64,000 nucleotides of DNA from a virus (IMGVR_UViG_3300038345_000251:64001-128000); one strand, 5' to 3'; shown: positions 1-9,917, numbered from the stretch's first letter. The notes: a model not told the origin generated them from the sequence alone. Program-made: numbers and translations.

Positions 1-378
1 AGAATCATCAGAAAGAATGGCAAGCATAACATGTGCTGTAGTTACTTCCTTGTCACCCATTTTTTTACATTCTTCTTGTGATTTATCAAGATATTCAGTA
101 AGTTTTTCGTTATATTTTTGTTCTCTTGTTGGTTTAACAGCATTCATCGCTTTTGAAGACAAATAACTGCCAACTGATGCTTGAATTGCATCAAGAGTTG
201 GAGGGTTGATAACTTTTACAAGAGTTTTATATAACTCGTTGTCCTTTGTCTCTAAAACCGCTAAGAAGAAATATTCAGGAGTAATTACAACAGTTGGAAG
301 TTCATCTTTTGCAATTTCGTTCTCCATATATACCAGAACTTCCTTAAGTTCGTCAGAAAATAAATTTTTGTCTATCAT
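1..378 (-). CDS. Clp ATPase (ClpA/B/C-like) N-terminal domain, truncated by the window edge
   Basis: Not in the ORF track. Manual translation from ATG at 378: MIDKNLFSDELKEVL...ITPEYFFLAVL...GDKEVTTAHVMLAILSDDS, two Clp-N repeat-like helical motifs; frame open to position 1. Confidence 0.7.
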   Translation of the reverse strand, partial: MIDKNLFSDELKEVLVYMENEIAKDELPTVVITPEYFFLAVLETKDNELYKTLVKVINPPTLDAIQASVGSYLSSKAMNAVKPTREQKYNEKLTEYLDKSQEECKKMGDKEVTTAHVMLAILSDDS

Positions 379-405
379 CTTAATATTTTTACTTGTTTTT
401 TTTGA

Positions 406-413
406 CAAATATA
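406..413 (-). promoter_or_regulatory. Bacteroidota-type -7 promoter box TATATTTG
   Basis: Matches TAnnTTTG about 28 nt upstream of the ATG at 378; the same box precedes several other minus-strand genes. Confidence 0.6.
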
Positions 414-441
414 CACATTTTATTACAAAAAATCAAGTATA

Positions 442-1170
442 ATGGTAATATTAAAGAAGTATGATGAAGAAACCAAAACAGAAAAGGCTTGGTATGATTC
501 AAGTATGTTTTGTTTCACAAAGGCAGTAGAACATGAAAATTCCAATCATGTTGAATTATATGTAACATTTAAAAATGGTTGGACATATGTATATAAAGAT
601 GTTAAACTTGAAGATTATGTTTTATTAATTTCAGGTTTTGAACAATCTTCACACGGTAAGACGTTAAATAAAGTAATTAAACCCAATTATGAATTTGAAA
701 GAGTTGATAATAGAAATGTAGATGATATATGGGCTGAATATTATAAAATTCGTAACGAAGAAGATGAAAAACAAAAAGATATATATAATACGTATTTTAT
801 ATCAGGACATAGAGATATTACAGAAGAAGAGTTTGAGGCAAATTATCAAGAAAAATTAAATTACGTTGTGTCAGAACACGAGGATTGTAAGTTTGTGGTT
901 GGTGATTATCATGGTGTAGATATAATGGCACAAAATTATTTAATTGATGTATTACAAGTTGACCCGTCACGAATTACTGTATATCATATGTTAGAACAGC
1001 CAAGAAATATAAATCCAAAAATTACAAACTTAAAAGGTGGATTTACTTCAGATGATGAAAGAGATAGTGCTATGACAAATGCTTCATTTGAAGACATTGC
1101 TTTTGTTAGGGATAATAAGAAAATTAGTGGTACAGCAGAAAATATTTTACGAAGATATTTGTTAAAGTAG
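442..1170 (+). CDS. KTSC-like domain fused to a SLOG (YspA/DprA-like) domain
   Basis: N-terminal SS..LYVTFKNGWTYVY..V...Y....S.G......IKPNY (KTSC-like); C-terminal FISGHRD, VVGDYHGVD, RDSAM, SGTAENI (SLOG-like). Confidence 0.6.
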   Translation: MVILKKYDEETKTEKAWYDSSMFCFTKAVEHENSNHVELYVTFKNGWTYVYKDVKLEDYVLLISGFEQSSHGKTLNKVIKPNYEFERVDNRNVDDIWAEYYKIRNEEDEKQKDIYNTYFISGHRDITEEEFEANYQEKLNYVVSEHEDCKFVVGDYHGVDIMAQNYLIDVLQVDPSRITVYHMLEQPRNINPKITNLKGGFTSDDERDSAMTNASFEDIAFVRDNKKISGTAENILRRYLLK

Positions 1171-1231
1171 TTTTTTGAATTTAATACTATTTATTTAGAA
1201 AGAATAATAACGTTATAAATTCAATAAAAAA

Positions 1232-1444
1232 ATGGTAAACAATAAATTTAGATGCTACGGCTATAAGGAAACTACTGAATTTGTTGGTCTTAAACCAAAG
1301 TTGTTCAATGAAATTGGTGATGACCTTACAATTGGTAAAGTTGATAACCCTGTTGTATCAATTTTTGACCCAACAGCAAAAGGCAATGATTCAATGAAAG
1401 ACGTTGACATTAAAGGTTTGGCTGAAAAAGAAGAAGAAGAGTAA
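1232..1444 (+). CDS. small hypothetical late protein
   Basis: 70-aa ORF, preceded by ACTATTTAT (1186-1194) and followed by a hairpin. Confidence 0.6.
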   Translation: MVNNKFRCYGYKETTEFVGLKPKLFNEIGDDLTIGKVDNPVVSIFDPTAKGNDSMKDVDIKGLAEKEEEE

Positions 1445-1465
1445 GATATTTCCTTATATATTATA

Positions 1466-1497
1466 AATGCACTTTGATTAATTTCAGAGTGCATTTT
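1466..1497 (+). terminator. intrinsic terminator hairpin
   Basis: aaatgcactttga...tcagagtgcattt inverted repeat followed by a T-rich run. Confidence 0.6.
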
Positions 1498-1509
1498 GTT
1501 TATTTATTG

Positions 1510-1519
1510 ACTATTTATA
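1510..1519 (+). promoter_or_regulatory. putative late promoter ACTATTTATA (representative of about 20 copies)
   Basis: A(C/A)TATTTAT(A) on the coding strand shortly upstream of starts at + 1186, 1510, 3805, 7137, 8350, 9870, 13560, 18967, 22009, 23478, 25614, 28227, 38584, 44912, 54471, 61503, 63989 and - 18884, 27695, 33706, 42540, 51782. Confidence 0.75.
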
Positions 1520-1534
1520 GTTATATTATTATAT

Positions 1535-3787
1535 ATGAAAACAATTTATATCACAGAAGAACAAAAGAAAAAACTTAAAAAAGCAATAACACCGCAAGAA
1601 CAGGTTGGTAAAAAAGTAAATGCAGGTGTTATGGATGCTGTTGTTGGTGGAATGTGTGAGGATGCAGAAGACGATAAGTTTGTTTTAGGTGCTGAAATGA
1701 ATGCACCTATCGGTGGTGTTTATTATCATGTAAAAGAATCAAAATTAAACGAATCACCTGATTATATTGATTTCTTTGATGATAGATTTAATTACTCAGA
1801 TGCATACCCATTTATTTATCTTTGGAACAAACAACAATTATATATTGGGCAAGGTGGACAAACACATATTGATGTGGTTAATGAAATTGACAAAGAATTA
1901 AACAATGATTTTTCAAACCCAGAAATACCTTATTCTGCACATTGTGATGAAATGTTAACAGGAAGATATTGGCAACAGGATAATGTTATTTCTTTTTGGA
2001 AAACGCCTATTGATAGAAGAATGAATGTTCGTAAAGTTATTGATGCACTTAAGGAACAAGGTATAATACAAAGTTCAGAATATACAGTATTAGATTATTG
2101 GGATAATAACACGATGTCATGTTGTATTTTCCCAATCAAATGGCTTTTCAATGGAACATATGATATGTTTGCAGGTAGATGTTCAAGAATTGCACCAATA
2201 AAACCACTTGAATATAGTAGAACAGGAAAATATACATATTTCCAAGTAAACACAAATGGTAGTGGTATTCAATGCGTCAACGTTTCAGGTAATGAAATAT
2301 TAACAGGTATGGAATATTATATGAAAACAAGTTCTATGAGCGAAGGTAGAAAAAAAGTGGTTAAAAATGATGAAGGTGAAATTGTTCCTGAAAAATGTGA
2401 TAAATGTGGTGGTGATGTGGTTGTACAAATACACGGTGAACCTGTATATATATGTAAAGATTGTGGTAAGTATTTTGGAACAGTACCGTTTACTTTGAAA
2501 GAAAGTATAGATTATAAAAAATGGTTACGACAACTTAAAAAAAGACGTGACCCAGATAATATTGAAGAAAATATTGAAATCGAAGATAAATGGAATGGTG
2601 AAGGTGAAAAATTAGAACCACTTAAAAGAATTTCAAGAGTTCCTGAATTTCTTTATCATTGTTCATATGCCAAAAACCGTGAAAGTATTTTGAAAAATGG
2701 TATTTATGCTTCAGTTGGTGATGAATATAAAGATTGGTGGAATTATGAAGGACCAAACGGTGAAACACCTGATGACGATGAACTTGAATATCTTGTGTTT
2801 TTATCAAGCAGACCTTATACATGGGCTGATAATTATCCGATAGATAAAATGGATATTTATAAAATAGATACAAAACAACTTGATAAACATTGTTTTTATT
2901 TTGACCCAGATAGATTTATGGCATTGAAAGGTTCAATATGTTATACTCTTAATATACCGCCATCAGCTATAGAACTTTTTGATACTGTTTATAGGCATAA
3001 AAGTATTAAAGAAAATATAGAAAATGAAATAGCACCAGAAGATGTTGATTTATCTTCGTTCAATATTAAAAAAAGACTTAATCCTAAATTTTGGTCTGAT
3101 GGACATCTTGATTCAAGAATTAGATTAAAATTAATGGATATTTCTAACGATTTTATTGAATATTTAGGAATAGAACCTAATATTGTTGAAGATGTATTAA
3201 TGACAGGTTCATTAGCAAATTTCAATTGGAGTGAAGAATTTTCAGATATTGATTTGCACATATTGTTAGATTATTCAGATGTTGATGAAAACACTGAATT
3301 CGTAAAACAGTATTTTATGTCACAGAAAAACTCTTGGAATAATGAACATGGTGACATTACGATATTTGGTTTTCCTGTTGAAGTATATGTACAAGACATA
3401 AATGAAAAACATGATTCATCAGGTGTATATTCACTTGATAGAGATAAGTGGTTAATTGAACCTGATAGAAACATTTTGGCAACATCTAAAGTTAACAAAA
3501 AGTTAATTAAAGATAAAGTTTCTGATTATACAAACAAGATTGATAAATTAGTTTATCTTTACGGAAAAGCCAAAGATGATGAATATAAACTTGGAAAAAT
3601 TGCAGAAAAAGCAAATGTTCTTTGGGATGAGATTAAAAATAGTAGAAAAAAAGGATTTGAAATTAGTAACGGAAAAGAGATAAATAATTTTAATATTATA
3701 TTTAAAACATTAAGAAGATTTGGTTATTTGGATAAATTATATCAACTTAAAACTAAAACATACAACAAATTAAATAGTATTGATTGA
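1535..3787 (+). CDS. multidomain putative head-internal protein: leader, zinc ribbon, ART-like domain, nucleotidyltransferase
   Basis: Leader MKTIYITEEQ; CDKC..CKDC; LYHCS...NRESILKNGI...VFLSS...IYKID (Tpt1/ART-like); TGSLANFNWSEEFSDIDLHI...VEVYVQD (Pol-beta NTase GS..DxD). Confidence 0.65.
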   Translation: MKTIYITEEQKKKLKKAITPQEQVGKKVNAGVMDAVVGGMCEDAEDDKFVLGAEMNAPIGGVYYHVKESKLNESPDYIDFFDDRFNYSDAYPFIYLWNKQQLYIGQGGQTHIDVVNEIDKELNNDFSNPEIPYSAHCDEMLTGRYWQQDNVISFWKTPIDRRMNVRKVIDALKEQGIIQSSEYTVLDYWDNNTMSCCIFPIKWLFNGTYDMFAGRCSRIAPIKPLEYSRTGKYTYFQVNTNGSGIQCVNVSGNEILTGMEYYMKTSSMSEGRKKVVKNDEGEIVPEKCDKCGGDVVVQIHGEPVYICKDCGKYFGTVPFTLKESIDYKKWLRQLKKRRDPDNIEENIEIEDKWNGEGEKLEPLKRISRVPEFLYHCSYAKNRESILKNGIYASVGDEYKDWWNYEGPNGETPDDDELEYLVFLSSRPYTWADNYPIDKMDIYKIDTKQLDKHCFYFDPDRFMALKGSICYTLNIPPSAIELFDTVYRHKSIKENIENEIAPEDVDLSSFNIKKRLNPKFWSDGHLDSRIRLKLMDISNDFIEYLGIEPNIVEDVLMTGSLANFNWSEEFSDIDLHILLDYSDVDENTEFVKQYFMSQKNSWNNEHGDITIFGFPVEVYVQDINEKHDSSGVYSLDRDKWLIEPDRNILATSKVNKKLIKDKVSDYTNKIDKLVYLYGKAKDDEYKLGKIAEKANVLWDEIKNSRKKGFEISNGKEINNFNIIFKTLRRFGYLDKLYQLKTKTYNKLNSID

Positions 3788-3853
3788 TTTTTTTAATTTA
3801 TCAAAATATTTATAAGAAAATAAGAAATAATAAATAGATTTAAATATAGCACA

Positions 3854-5470
3854 ATGAATAACAATTTTGAAGATTCAATTGCTCGTATGAAGGCTCTTTA
3901 TACTTATGGCACTGTAAGTGAAAATAAGAAACAGAGTACAAGTACATTAGAATACTCTGCTAAAGCAGCAGACGGTAAAACATATGGTATTGTAAGAGAA
4001 TGTAATCATTGGTATATTAAACAAGCAGCAGATGGTAAAGAAAAACTTGCTGAAGGATATGATTATATTGGTGGTTATATGAATAAAAGAAATTATCAAT
4101 ATGATAGTTACAATAGTGCTCTTAAAAACCTTGAACTTAAACTTTCATCTATCAACGAAGCATGTGAAGGTAAAGTAAACGTTTCAACACTTGACCCTTT
4201 CAAAAAAGAAATCGTTCTTGCTGAAGCATCAGATAAAATGAAAAATGAAATTGCTCGTCAACGTCAGATTATGTATAATGCAGGTATGATTATGAACGAA
4301 GCAAAAGATTATGCAGTAAAAGGCGGTCCAGCTTGTTCAACAGCACAGCCTGAAGCAGAAACTGGTAAAAAAGGTGACAAAGCAGAAGGTAGCAAAGAAG
4401 CTAAAGCAAATCCTGAATACGAAGGAAGTCATGTTGAACCTATTAAAAAAGCAGAACCATTTGAAAAAAATCCTGTAAAAGAATCATGTGATAATAAATC
4501 ATGTGATACTGATTTTGATGCAGGTGTTCCTAGCTTTGGTTCAACTGAAAACGGTGAAGCAGACACAGAACACAACAATGACCCATTTACCCAATCAGTA
4601 AATGAAGAAGGTGAAAAAGAATGGGATAAAGGGCTTCCTGGTTCAGAAGGTATTGGCGAAGCAGATACTGACCATAACAATGACCCATTTAACAAAAACG
4701 TAAACGAAGGGATTGAAGATGAACTTGGTGACGATGAATTATCAGATGATGATTGGGATGATGAAGACTTTGATTTAGATGATGATTTAGAAGATATTGA
4801 TTTAGATGAACCTGAAGATGAACTTGGTGATGATGCAGTAGAAGATGAACTTGGTGACGATGCAACTGATACTGATTTAGACGCTGGTGTTGAAGATGTT
4901 GAAGGTTCATTAGAAGATGGTGAAGAAATGGTTGATGAAACTGACCCAGAATCTGTAAGAAGTGAAATTGAAAGATTACAAGGTATTCTTGATAGTCTTG
5001 AAGGTGGAGAAGATGAACTTGGTGATGATGCCGTAGAAGGTGACGTTGCACCTGAAGGTGAAGACATTGATAATGCACCTATTGACGATGAAGATGGTTT
5101 TGGTGCAGAAGGTGAAGATGATTTTGATGAAGATGATTTCCAATTTGAAGGAAAACAGGCATTCATGGATTCAATTGTTGAATCAGTTGTTAAATCAATT
5201 GTTAAATCAATTCTTAAAGAAGATGAACTTCACGATTTCGGTAAACACCCTGGTTATAGAAAGAAACCTATGGACCTTCCACCAACAGGAGAAGATAAAA
5301 ATGAACACGGTGAAGACATTAATGACGATAGTGTTCACAATGAAGAACCATTTGGTAAACAGATTGGTGACAGTTCACCTTTCAATCAGTTAGTAAACGC
5401 TGTCACACAGGATGTATTATATCAATTAAAACACGGTGTTCCCCTTGACAATAAAAAAAAAGAGGAATAA
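3854..5470 (+). CDS. highly acidic putative prohead core/internal protein
   Basis: 538 aa, D/E-rich, EDELGDD repeats, duplicated GEADTxHNNDPF, many (V/L/I)xE sites; late motif at 3805. Confidence 0.65.
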   Translation: MNNNFEDSIARMKALYTYGTVSENKKQSTSTLEYSAKAADGKTYGIVRECNHWYIKQAADGKEKLAEGYDYIGGYMNKRNYQYDSYNSALKNLELKLSSINEACEGKVNVSTLDPFKKEIVLAEASDKMKNEIARQRQIMYNAGMIMNEAKDYAVKGGPACSTAQPEAETGKKGDKAEGSKEAKANPEYEGSHVEPIKKAEPFEKNPVKESCDNKSCDTDFDAGVPSFGSTENGEADTEHNNDPFTQSVNEEGEKEWDKGLPGSEGIGEADTDHNNDPFNKNVNEGIEDELGDDELSDDDWDDEDFDLDDDLEDIDLDEPEDELGDDAVEDELGDDATDTDLDAGVEDVEGSLEDGEEMVDETDPESVRSEIERLQGILDSLEGGEDELGDDAVEGDVAPEGEDIDNAPIDDEDGFGAEGEDDFDEDDFQFEGKQAFMDSIVESVVKSIVKSILKEDELHDFGKHPGYRKKPMDLPPTGEDKNEHGEDINDDSVHNEEPFGKQIGDSSPFNQLVNAVTQDVLYQLKHGVPLDNKKKEE

Positions 5471-5538
5471 CTGAATCTTCTATTGACGAAAAAAAGGTAA
5501 TAAAAATACCTAAAAAAAATAAACCATCACCTACAGAT

Positions 5539-6090
5539 ATGAACGCTATGGGTGGTGGTTTTGCTGGTCCTGAGCCAACAATGCCTGACCCTAATTTGGG
5601 TGGTGCTCCTATGGAAGACCCTTCAATGGGTGCTGACCCAAATGCTATGGGTGGAGACCCTAATATGATGGGTTCTGACCCAGGAATGGATGCAGGTATG
5701 GGAACTGACCCAATGGCAGGTGATGCAACTCCTAATAAAGCAAAAGAAGATATTCAAAAAAACATAGGTAAAGGATGCTCTGATTTCAGAAATTATCAAG
5801 GTGAAGATAAAGAGGAATTGGGTAAATGGATTGAAGGTATGTTAGATTCTGTTGATGATGAGAGTAGTGATGCAGGTATTGGTGAAGAAAGTGAAATGCC
5901 TCCAATGAACAATCAAATGCCACAAATGGAATCTGTTATTTTCACAAAAGGACAATTAGATAAAATAAATGAGGAATTTGGTATTGACAATATGTCTAAA
6001 AAAGACGATAATATTAATACACAACAAAAAAGTAAAAAAGATATAAGTAATAATAATTCTCCTTTTAATAATCCAAATTTTAGTAAATAA
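5539..6090 (+). CDS. Gly/Met/Pro-rich putative head protein (possible -1 frameshift extension of the upstream gene)
   Basis: DPxxMG repeats; frame is open upstream to 5455, overlapping an A9 run. Confidence 0.65.
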   Translation: MNAMGGGFAGPEPTMPDPNLGGAPMEDPSMGADPNAMGGDPNMMGSDPGMDAGMGTDPMAGDATPNKAKEDIQKNIGKGCSDFRNYQGEDKEELGKWIEGMLDSVDDESSDAGIGEESEMPPMNNQMPQMESVIFTKGQLDKINEEFGIDNMSKKDDNINTQQKSKKDISNNNSPFNNPNFSK

Positions 6091-7073
6091 TGAAAAAGAT
6101 TATTATAACACGTTCACAACTTAACGAGATATATAATACACCTCAACTTAAGAAAATACAAAGAAATATTTATAAAAGTGTTTCAGACTATTGTGGTAAA
6201 ATGCATTCAGATGATGCGTGGCAAGATGTTAAAACCCTTATAGGTATGATTCAATCAGTAGATGGCGTTAATGATATTCATGTTGGTGCAGGTGAGTACA
6301 CTAATTTCCTCAACCCAGAAAAAGGTGCTTATAGAGATTATCAAACAACTGTTGAAACCGAATTTGGTAATTTATATGGTTATATAAGATGTCATGCAGC
6401 TGGAACAATGGATGATATTTTTAAATATTATGACATGACAATTAGCCTTTATCCTGATAAGCAAAGAGATATGGAAATAACCGAAGACATTGATATTGCG
6501 GTTAAAGCAAATAATAATACAACTTCTGATTATTTGAACGCATTAAAAAATTCTAATACCAGAAATGATATTATGAAAGCAAGAGCCGTAACACCTGATG
6601 TAAATGCAGTTGTTAGTGGTCCTAAAACAGATGATAATTCACCTAAAATTGATGTCGAAGTACCAGCAGGTAGTACACCTGAAGATGTTATGATTAAGCA
6701 GCCTGAAATTGGTAATGCTATAACTAATAAAGGTGCACAAGCATTTGTTCATGGTGATGGTTATCCTAACGAATCAAAACGTTATACAAAAAAACAAGTT
6801 GAACAGGCTCGTCTTTATGAAATGAGAAGAACAGGAACAATCATGACTAAAAAAGAACTTCGTGAAAATATTCTTGGTGAAAAAGAAACAATTATTCCAA
6901 AACTTAAATCAATGAATATGTTTCAAGCACTTGAATGTTTCAGGCAAGTTTATGGTGATGAAGCACTTCAAAATCTTTCAACTTCTTGGGATATGTTACG
7001 GGGTATTGTAAATTATTTCTATAATTCAGACGAAGAAAAACAACAGAAGTTTTTAGAATTAATTAATCAATAA
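6090..7073 (+). CDS. putative head-internal protein with leader motif
   Basis: Starts MKKIIITRSQLNE; coupled to the upstream stop (TAATG). Confidence 0.6.
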   Translation: MKKIIITRSQLNEIYNTPQLKKIQRNIYKSVSDYCGKMHSDDAWQDVKTLIGMIQSVDGVNDIHVGAGEYTNFLNPEKGAYRDYQTTVETEFGNLYGYIRCHAAGTMDDIFKYYDMTISLYPDKQRDMEITEDIDIAVKANNNTTSDYLNALKNSNTRNDIMKARAVTPDVNAVVSGPKTDDNSPKIDVEVPAGSTPEDVMIKQPEIGNAITNKGAQAFVHGDGYPNESKRYTKKQVEQARLYEMRRTGTIMTKKELRENILGEKETIIPKLKSMNMFQALECFRQVYGDEALQNLSTSWDMLRGIVNYFYNSDEEKQQKFLELINQ

Positions 7074-7091
7074 TCTATTTTTTATTTAAAT

Positions 7092-7136
7092 AAGTCAGCG
7101 AAAAACAAGTGTTAACAACTTATTTCGCTGACTTTT
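7092..7136 (+). terminator. intrinsic terminator hairpin
   Basis: aagtcagcgaaa...tttcgctgactttt. Confidence 0.65.
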
Positions 7137-7151
7137 ACTATTTATATGTAT

Positions 7152-8339
7152 ATGAAAACGATTTATATAACAGAAGAACAAAAAAAGATTTTAAGTGAAG
7201 GTATTCTTATGGATTCACTTCCAGAAGATATTACTAATTCTATATTACAAGGTGAAACATCATTAAAAAATAACCCTGCTATACCTAATGTTTTTGAACA
7301 CAGTTATCTTGAAAAAGTGTTGAAAAAACGTTTTATTGAAGTGGTTGATGAACTTAAGAAAATAGGTGAAATTAATGACGTTCCTGATACTGATATTCCA
7401 ACAGTATTAAATAAACTTATATTAAAATGTCAGGAAATAGAAAAGCCATATAGAAATGAACTTGAAAAATTATGCTATAACTATTTGGTTGATTTATTCG
7501 CAATACCAGATGATATTGTAACAGTTGAATTTACATTAGTTGATGAGGTTGATATTAATACTGATGTTATTAAACTTGACCCTGTATATGGCGAAGATGA
7601 TGAAATAGAATATGAAGATTTAGTGGAAGTCGAAACAGTTAAAGATGAAGTATATAAAAGAAGAATGTTAGATGTTCTTTCTATGGGCGCAGGAATACAA
7701 GTTTCTTCAAATATTAAATCTTATTTATCAGATATTTACGATATTGAACCAAAACTTGCTGATTTATATAGAAAAATATTGGCTTTAAATAATTATTTGT
7801 TGTTAACAAGAGAAAATCTTGGAATGACAGATGAAAATAATATGCAAATTGGTACTGTAGAAGTAACTCTTAACAACGGTGATATTAAACCAATTATTAA
7901 AGCACAAGGTGAGATATTTCCTGTACTTTTAAGTGAAAGTGTAAGAGGGTTTATGGAATTATTTGCTTCACATGGTTTACCTAAAGATATGAATATACTT
8001 AATAGTGTTTTGAATAAGGCAGATTATCTTAAAGCAGAACCTTGGGATATGAGAATTGGTCCGTCATTATGGACAATAATGAGTGAATCATTTGGCGAGA
8101 TTGATTTTACTACTATACCTTTTGTATATAGAACAATTGCTTGTCTTTCTTGTAAGAATTTCAACAAACTTATGAAAGAAGTACTTGCAAAAACAAGAGC
8201 AGGAAAAAGATTGATGGGTAAAATAATAGAAAAAGCAAAAAAAGATAAAGAATATAATCAATTCTCTGATAAAATGACAAAACTTAAAACAGATAAAAAT
8301 GTTATAACAGATGAATATATTCATCCAGATGAACTTTAA
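7152..8339 (+). CDS. putative virion protein with leader motif
   Basis: Second ATG gives MKTIYITEEQKK, identical to the start of the 1535 protein; late motif at 7137. Confidence 0.6.
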   Translation: MKTIYITEEQKKILSEGILMDSLPEDITNSILQGETSLKNNPAIPNVFEHSYLEKVLKKRFIEVVDELKKIGEINDVPDTDIPTVLNKLILKCQEIEKPYRNELEKLCYNYLVDLFAIPDDIVTVEFTLVDEVDINTDVIKLDPVYGEDDEIEYEDLVEVETVKDEVYKRRMLDVLSMGAGIQVSSNIKSYLSDIYDIEPKLADLYRKILALNNYLLLTRENLGMTDENNMQIGTVEVTLNNGDIKPIIKAQGEIFPVLLSESVRGFMELFASHGLPKDMNILNSVLNKADYLKAEPWDMRIGPSLWTIMSESFGEIDFTTIPFVYRTIACLSCKNFNKLMKEVLAKTRAGKRLMGKIIEKAKKDKEYNQFSDKMTKLKTDKNVITDEYIHPDEL

Positions 8340-8376
8340 TAAAATATAAACTATTTATATAAAAATATTTACTACT

Positions 8377-8994
8377 ATGAGAGTTGAAGAATTTTTAAGT
8401 ACTATGGATGCACTTAGGTTTGATACAGACCTTGATGAAACCAATCCTGAATTAAGAGGAATGGTAACTAAAGTATATCCATATTTAAGAAAGATATATA
8501 ATATGATGTATGAAAGCGGTATGATTACCGAAGCACATGGTGTTAAGAAACATAACACACCTAAAGATAAACGTGCTGCTGAAAGGAAAGGTAATCGTGA
8601 TGCTGAAAAAGATATGTTTGGTGATGGTTTTAAATCAAAAAATAAAATTCATAAAATTAAAAATTACAATAGAAGAGACAATAAGAAAGTAAGTATCGAA
8701 GACAATGATATGAACGAATCTAAAAATATTGTCAGATTAAGCGAATCAGAACTTAAGAATATGGTTCAAGAATCAGTTAAAAGAATTGTAAAAGAATCAT
8801 ATATGGATATTCCTGATGCTAACAAAACATTTGATAGTGATAACGATTATATTACTGTTAGTGTACCATCTGATAAATTTGGTGAACTTAAACATCAAAT
8901 TGGTGTTAAAATGAAAGAACTTGGTTATGTATATCAAGATGTTGGGCAAAATGGTAATAAAGCAATGATTACATATAGAAGAATTGGTATTTAA
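8377..8994 (+). CDS. putative head-internal protein
   Basis: Basic central segment and internal RLSESELKNMVQESVKRIVKES motif; late motif at 8350. Confidence 0.55.
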   Translation: MRVEEFLSTMDALRFDTDLDETNPELRGMVTKVYPYLRKIYNMMYESGMITEAHGVKKHNTPKDKRAAERKGNRDAEKDMFGDGFKSKNKIHKIKNYNRRDNKKVSIEDNDMNESKNIVRLSESELKNMVQESVKRIVKESYMDIPDANKTFDSDNDYITVSVPSDKFGELKHQIGVKMKELGYVYQDVGQNGNKAMITYRRIGI

Positions 8995-8996
8995 TT

Positions 8997-9722
8997 ATGG
9001 ATAGAAATAATTTGGTTGAAATACATAAAGGTCAAACAGGAACTGGATTATTAATAGAATCAGATGGTTATATTTCATCTGAAGTGGGAAATAATAAACA
9101 ACTGTTTGAATCATATAGGAAATTAAATGAAAGTATGGAAGATGGACAATTCCATTGTCCATTTCCTCTTATTTTTGATGCTGTTTTACAAAGATATGGG
9201 GTTGAAAACGCTAATGGTAGAATTTATCCTGAACATATTCTTAAAAGAGAAGTTGAGAAATATCAAAAGTTAATACAAGAAAAACGAGCACTTGCTGAAT
9301 TAAATCATCCAGCAGAATCTGTTATTGACCTTTCACGTGTTGCAATTAATGTTGTTGAAACACATTGGGAAGGTAATACACTTGTTGGTAAAATTGAAAT
9401 TATAACGAGTCCAGGTTTTAGAAAATACGGTATTATTTCATGTCAAGGAGACCAAACAGCCAATCTTTTACTTAGTGGTTATAAAATTGGTCTATCTTCA
9501 CGTGGACTTGGTACTGTTACTCAAAAGATGGGTATTCTATATGTTGCCGATGATTATGAACTTGTTTGTTTTGATGTGGTTAGTGACCCGTCAACAGGAA
9601 ATGCTTGGATTTGTCCAGATGGTATACCATCTGAATATATTAATGTATCTGAAAGTAAAAAAACAGAAAAAAATTCTTTGTTTGAAAAGTTGGATAAATT
9701 TAATGATTGGTTAAATGATTAA
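8997..9722 (+). CDS. prohead core protease (T4 gp21-like)
   Basis: NANGRIYP, ALAELNHP, GLSSRGLG, FDVVSDPS motifs; lies upstream of scaffold and capsid genes. Confidence 0.92.
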   Translation: MDRNNLVEIHKGQTGTGLLIESDGYISSEVGNNKQLFESYRKLNESMEDGQFHCPFPLIFDAVLQRYGVENANGRIYPEHILKREVEKYQKLIQEKRALAELNHPAESVIDLSRVAINVVETHWEGNTLVGKIEIITSPGFRKYGIISCQGDQTANLLLSGYKIGLSSRGLGTVTQKMGILYVADDYELVCFDVVSDPSTGNAWICPDGIPSEYINVSESKKTEKNSLFEKLDKFNDWLND

Positions 9723-9917
9723 ATTGTTAAATGTAGAGGATATTATTAAAAAACTTTCAAATAATGGTTTATTTGAAACTATTGTTAAAGAAATTTGTAA
9801 AAGTTTAACCTAAAATACTGTTAAAATGTTAATTTTTAAGTGTTAAAAAAGTTTTTTTCACTTTTACAAAATATTTATAAATAAAATAATAAGAAATAAA
9901 TGCTAATTTGAGTAAAA

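Noticed and set aside
4714-5030. Repeated gaagatgaacttggtga units resembling a CRISPR or tandem array
   Set aside because: In-frame coding repeats (EDELGDD) with irregular spacing; no cas genes or leader
4429-5166. 245-aa Ser-rich minus-strand ORF and other short antisense or alternate-frame ORFs in the track
   Set aside because: Shadow frames of GAA/GAT-rich acidic genes, with no promoter motif or recognisable domain
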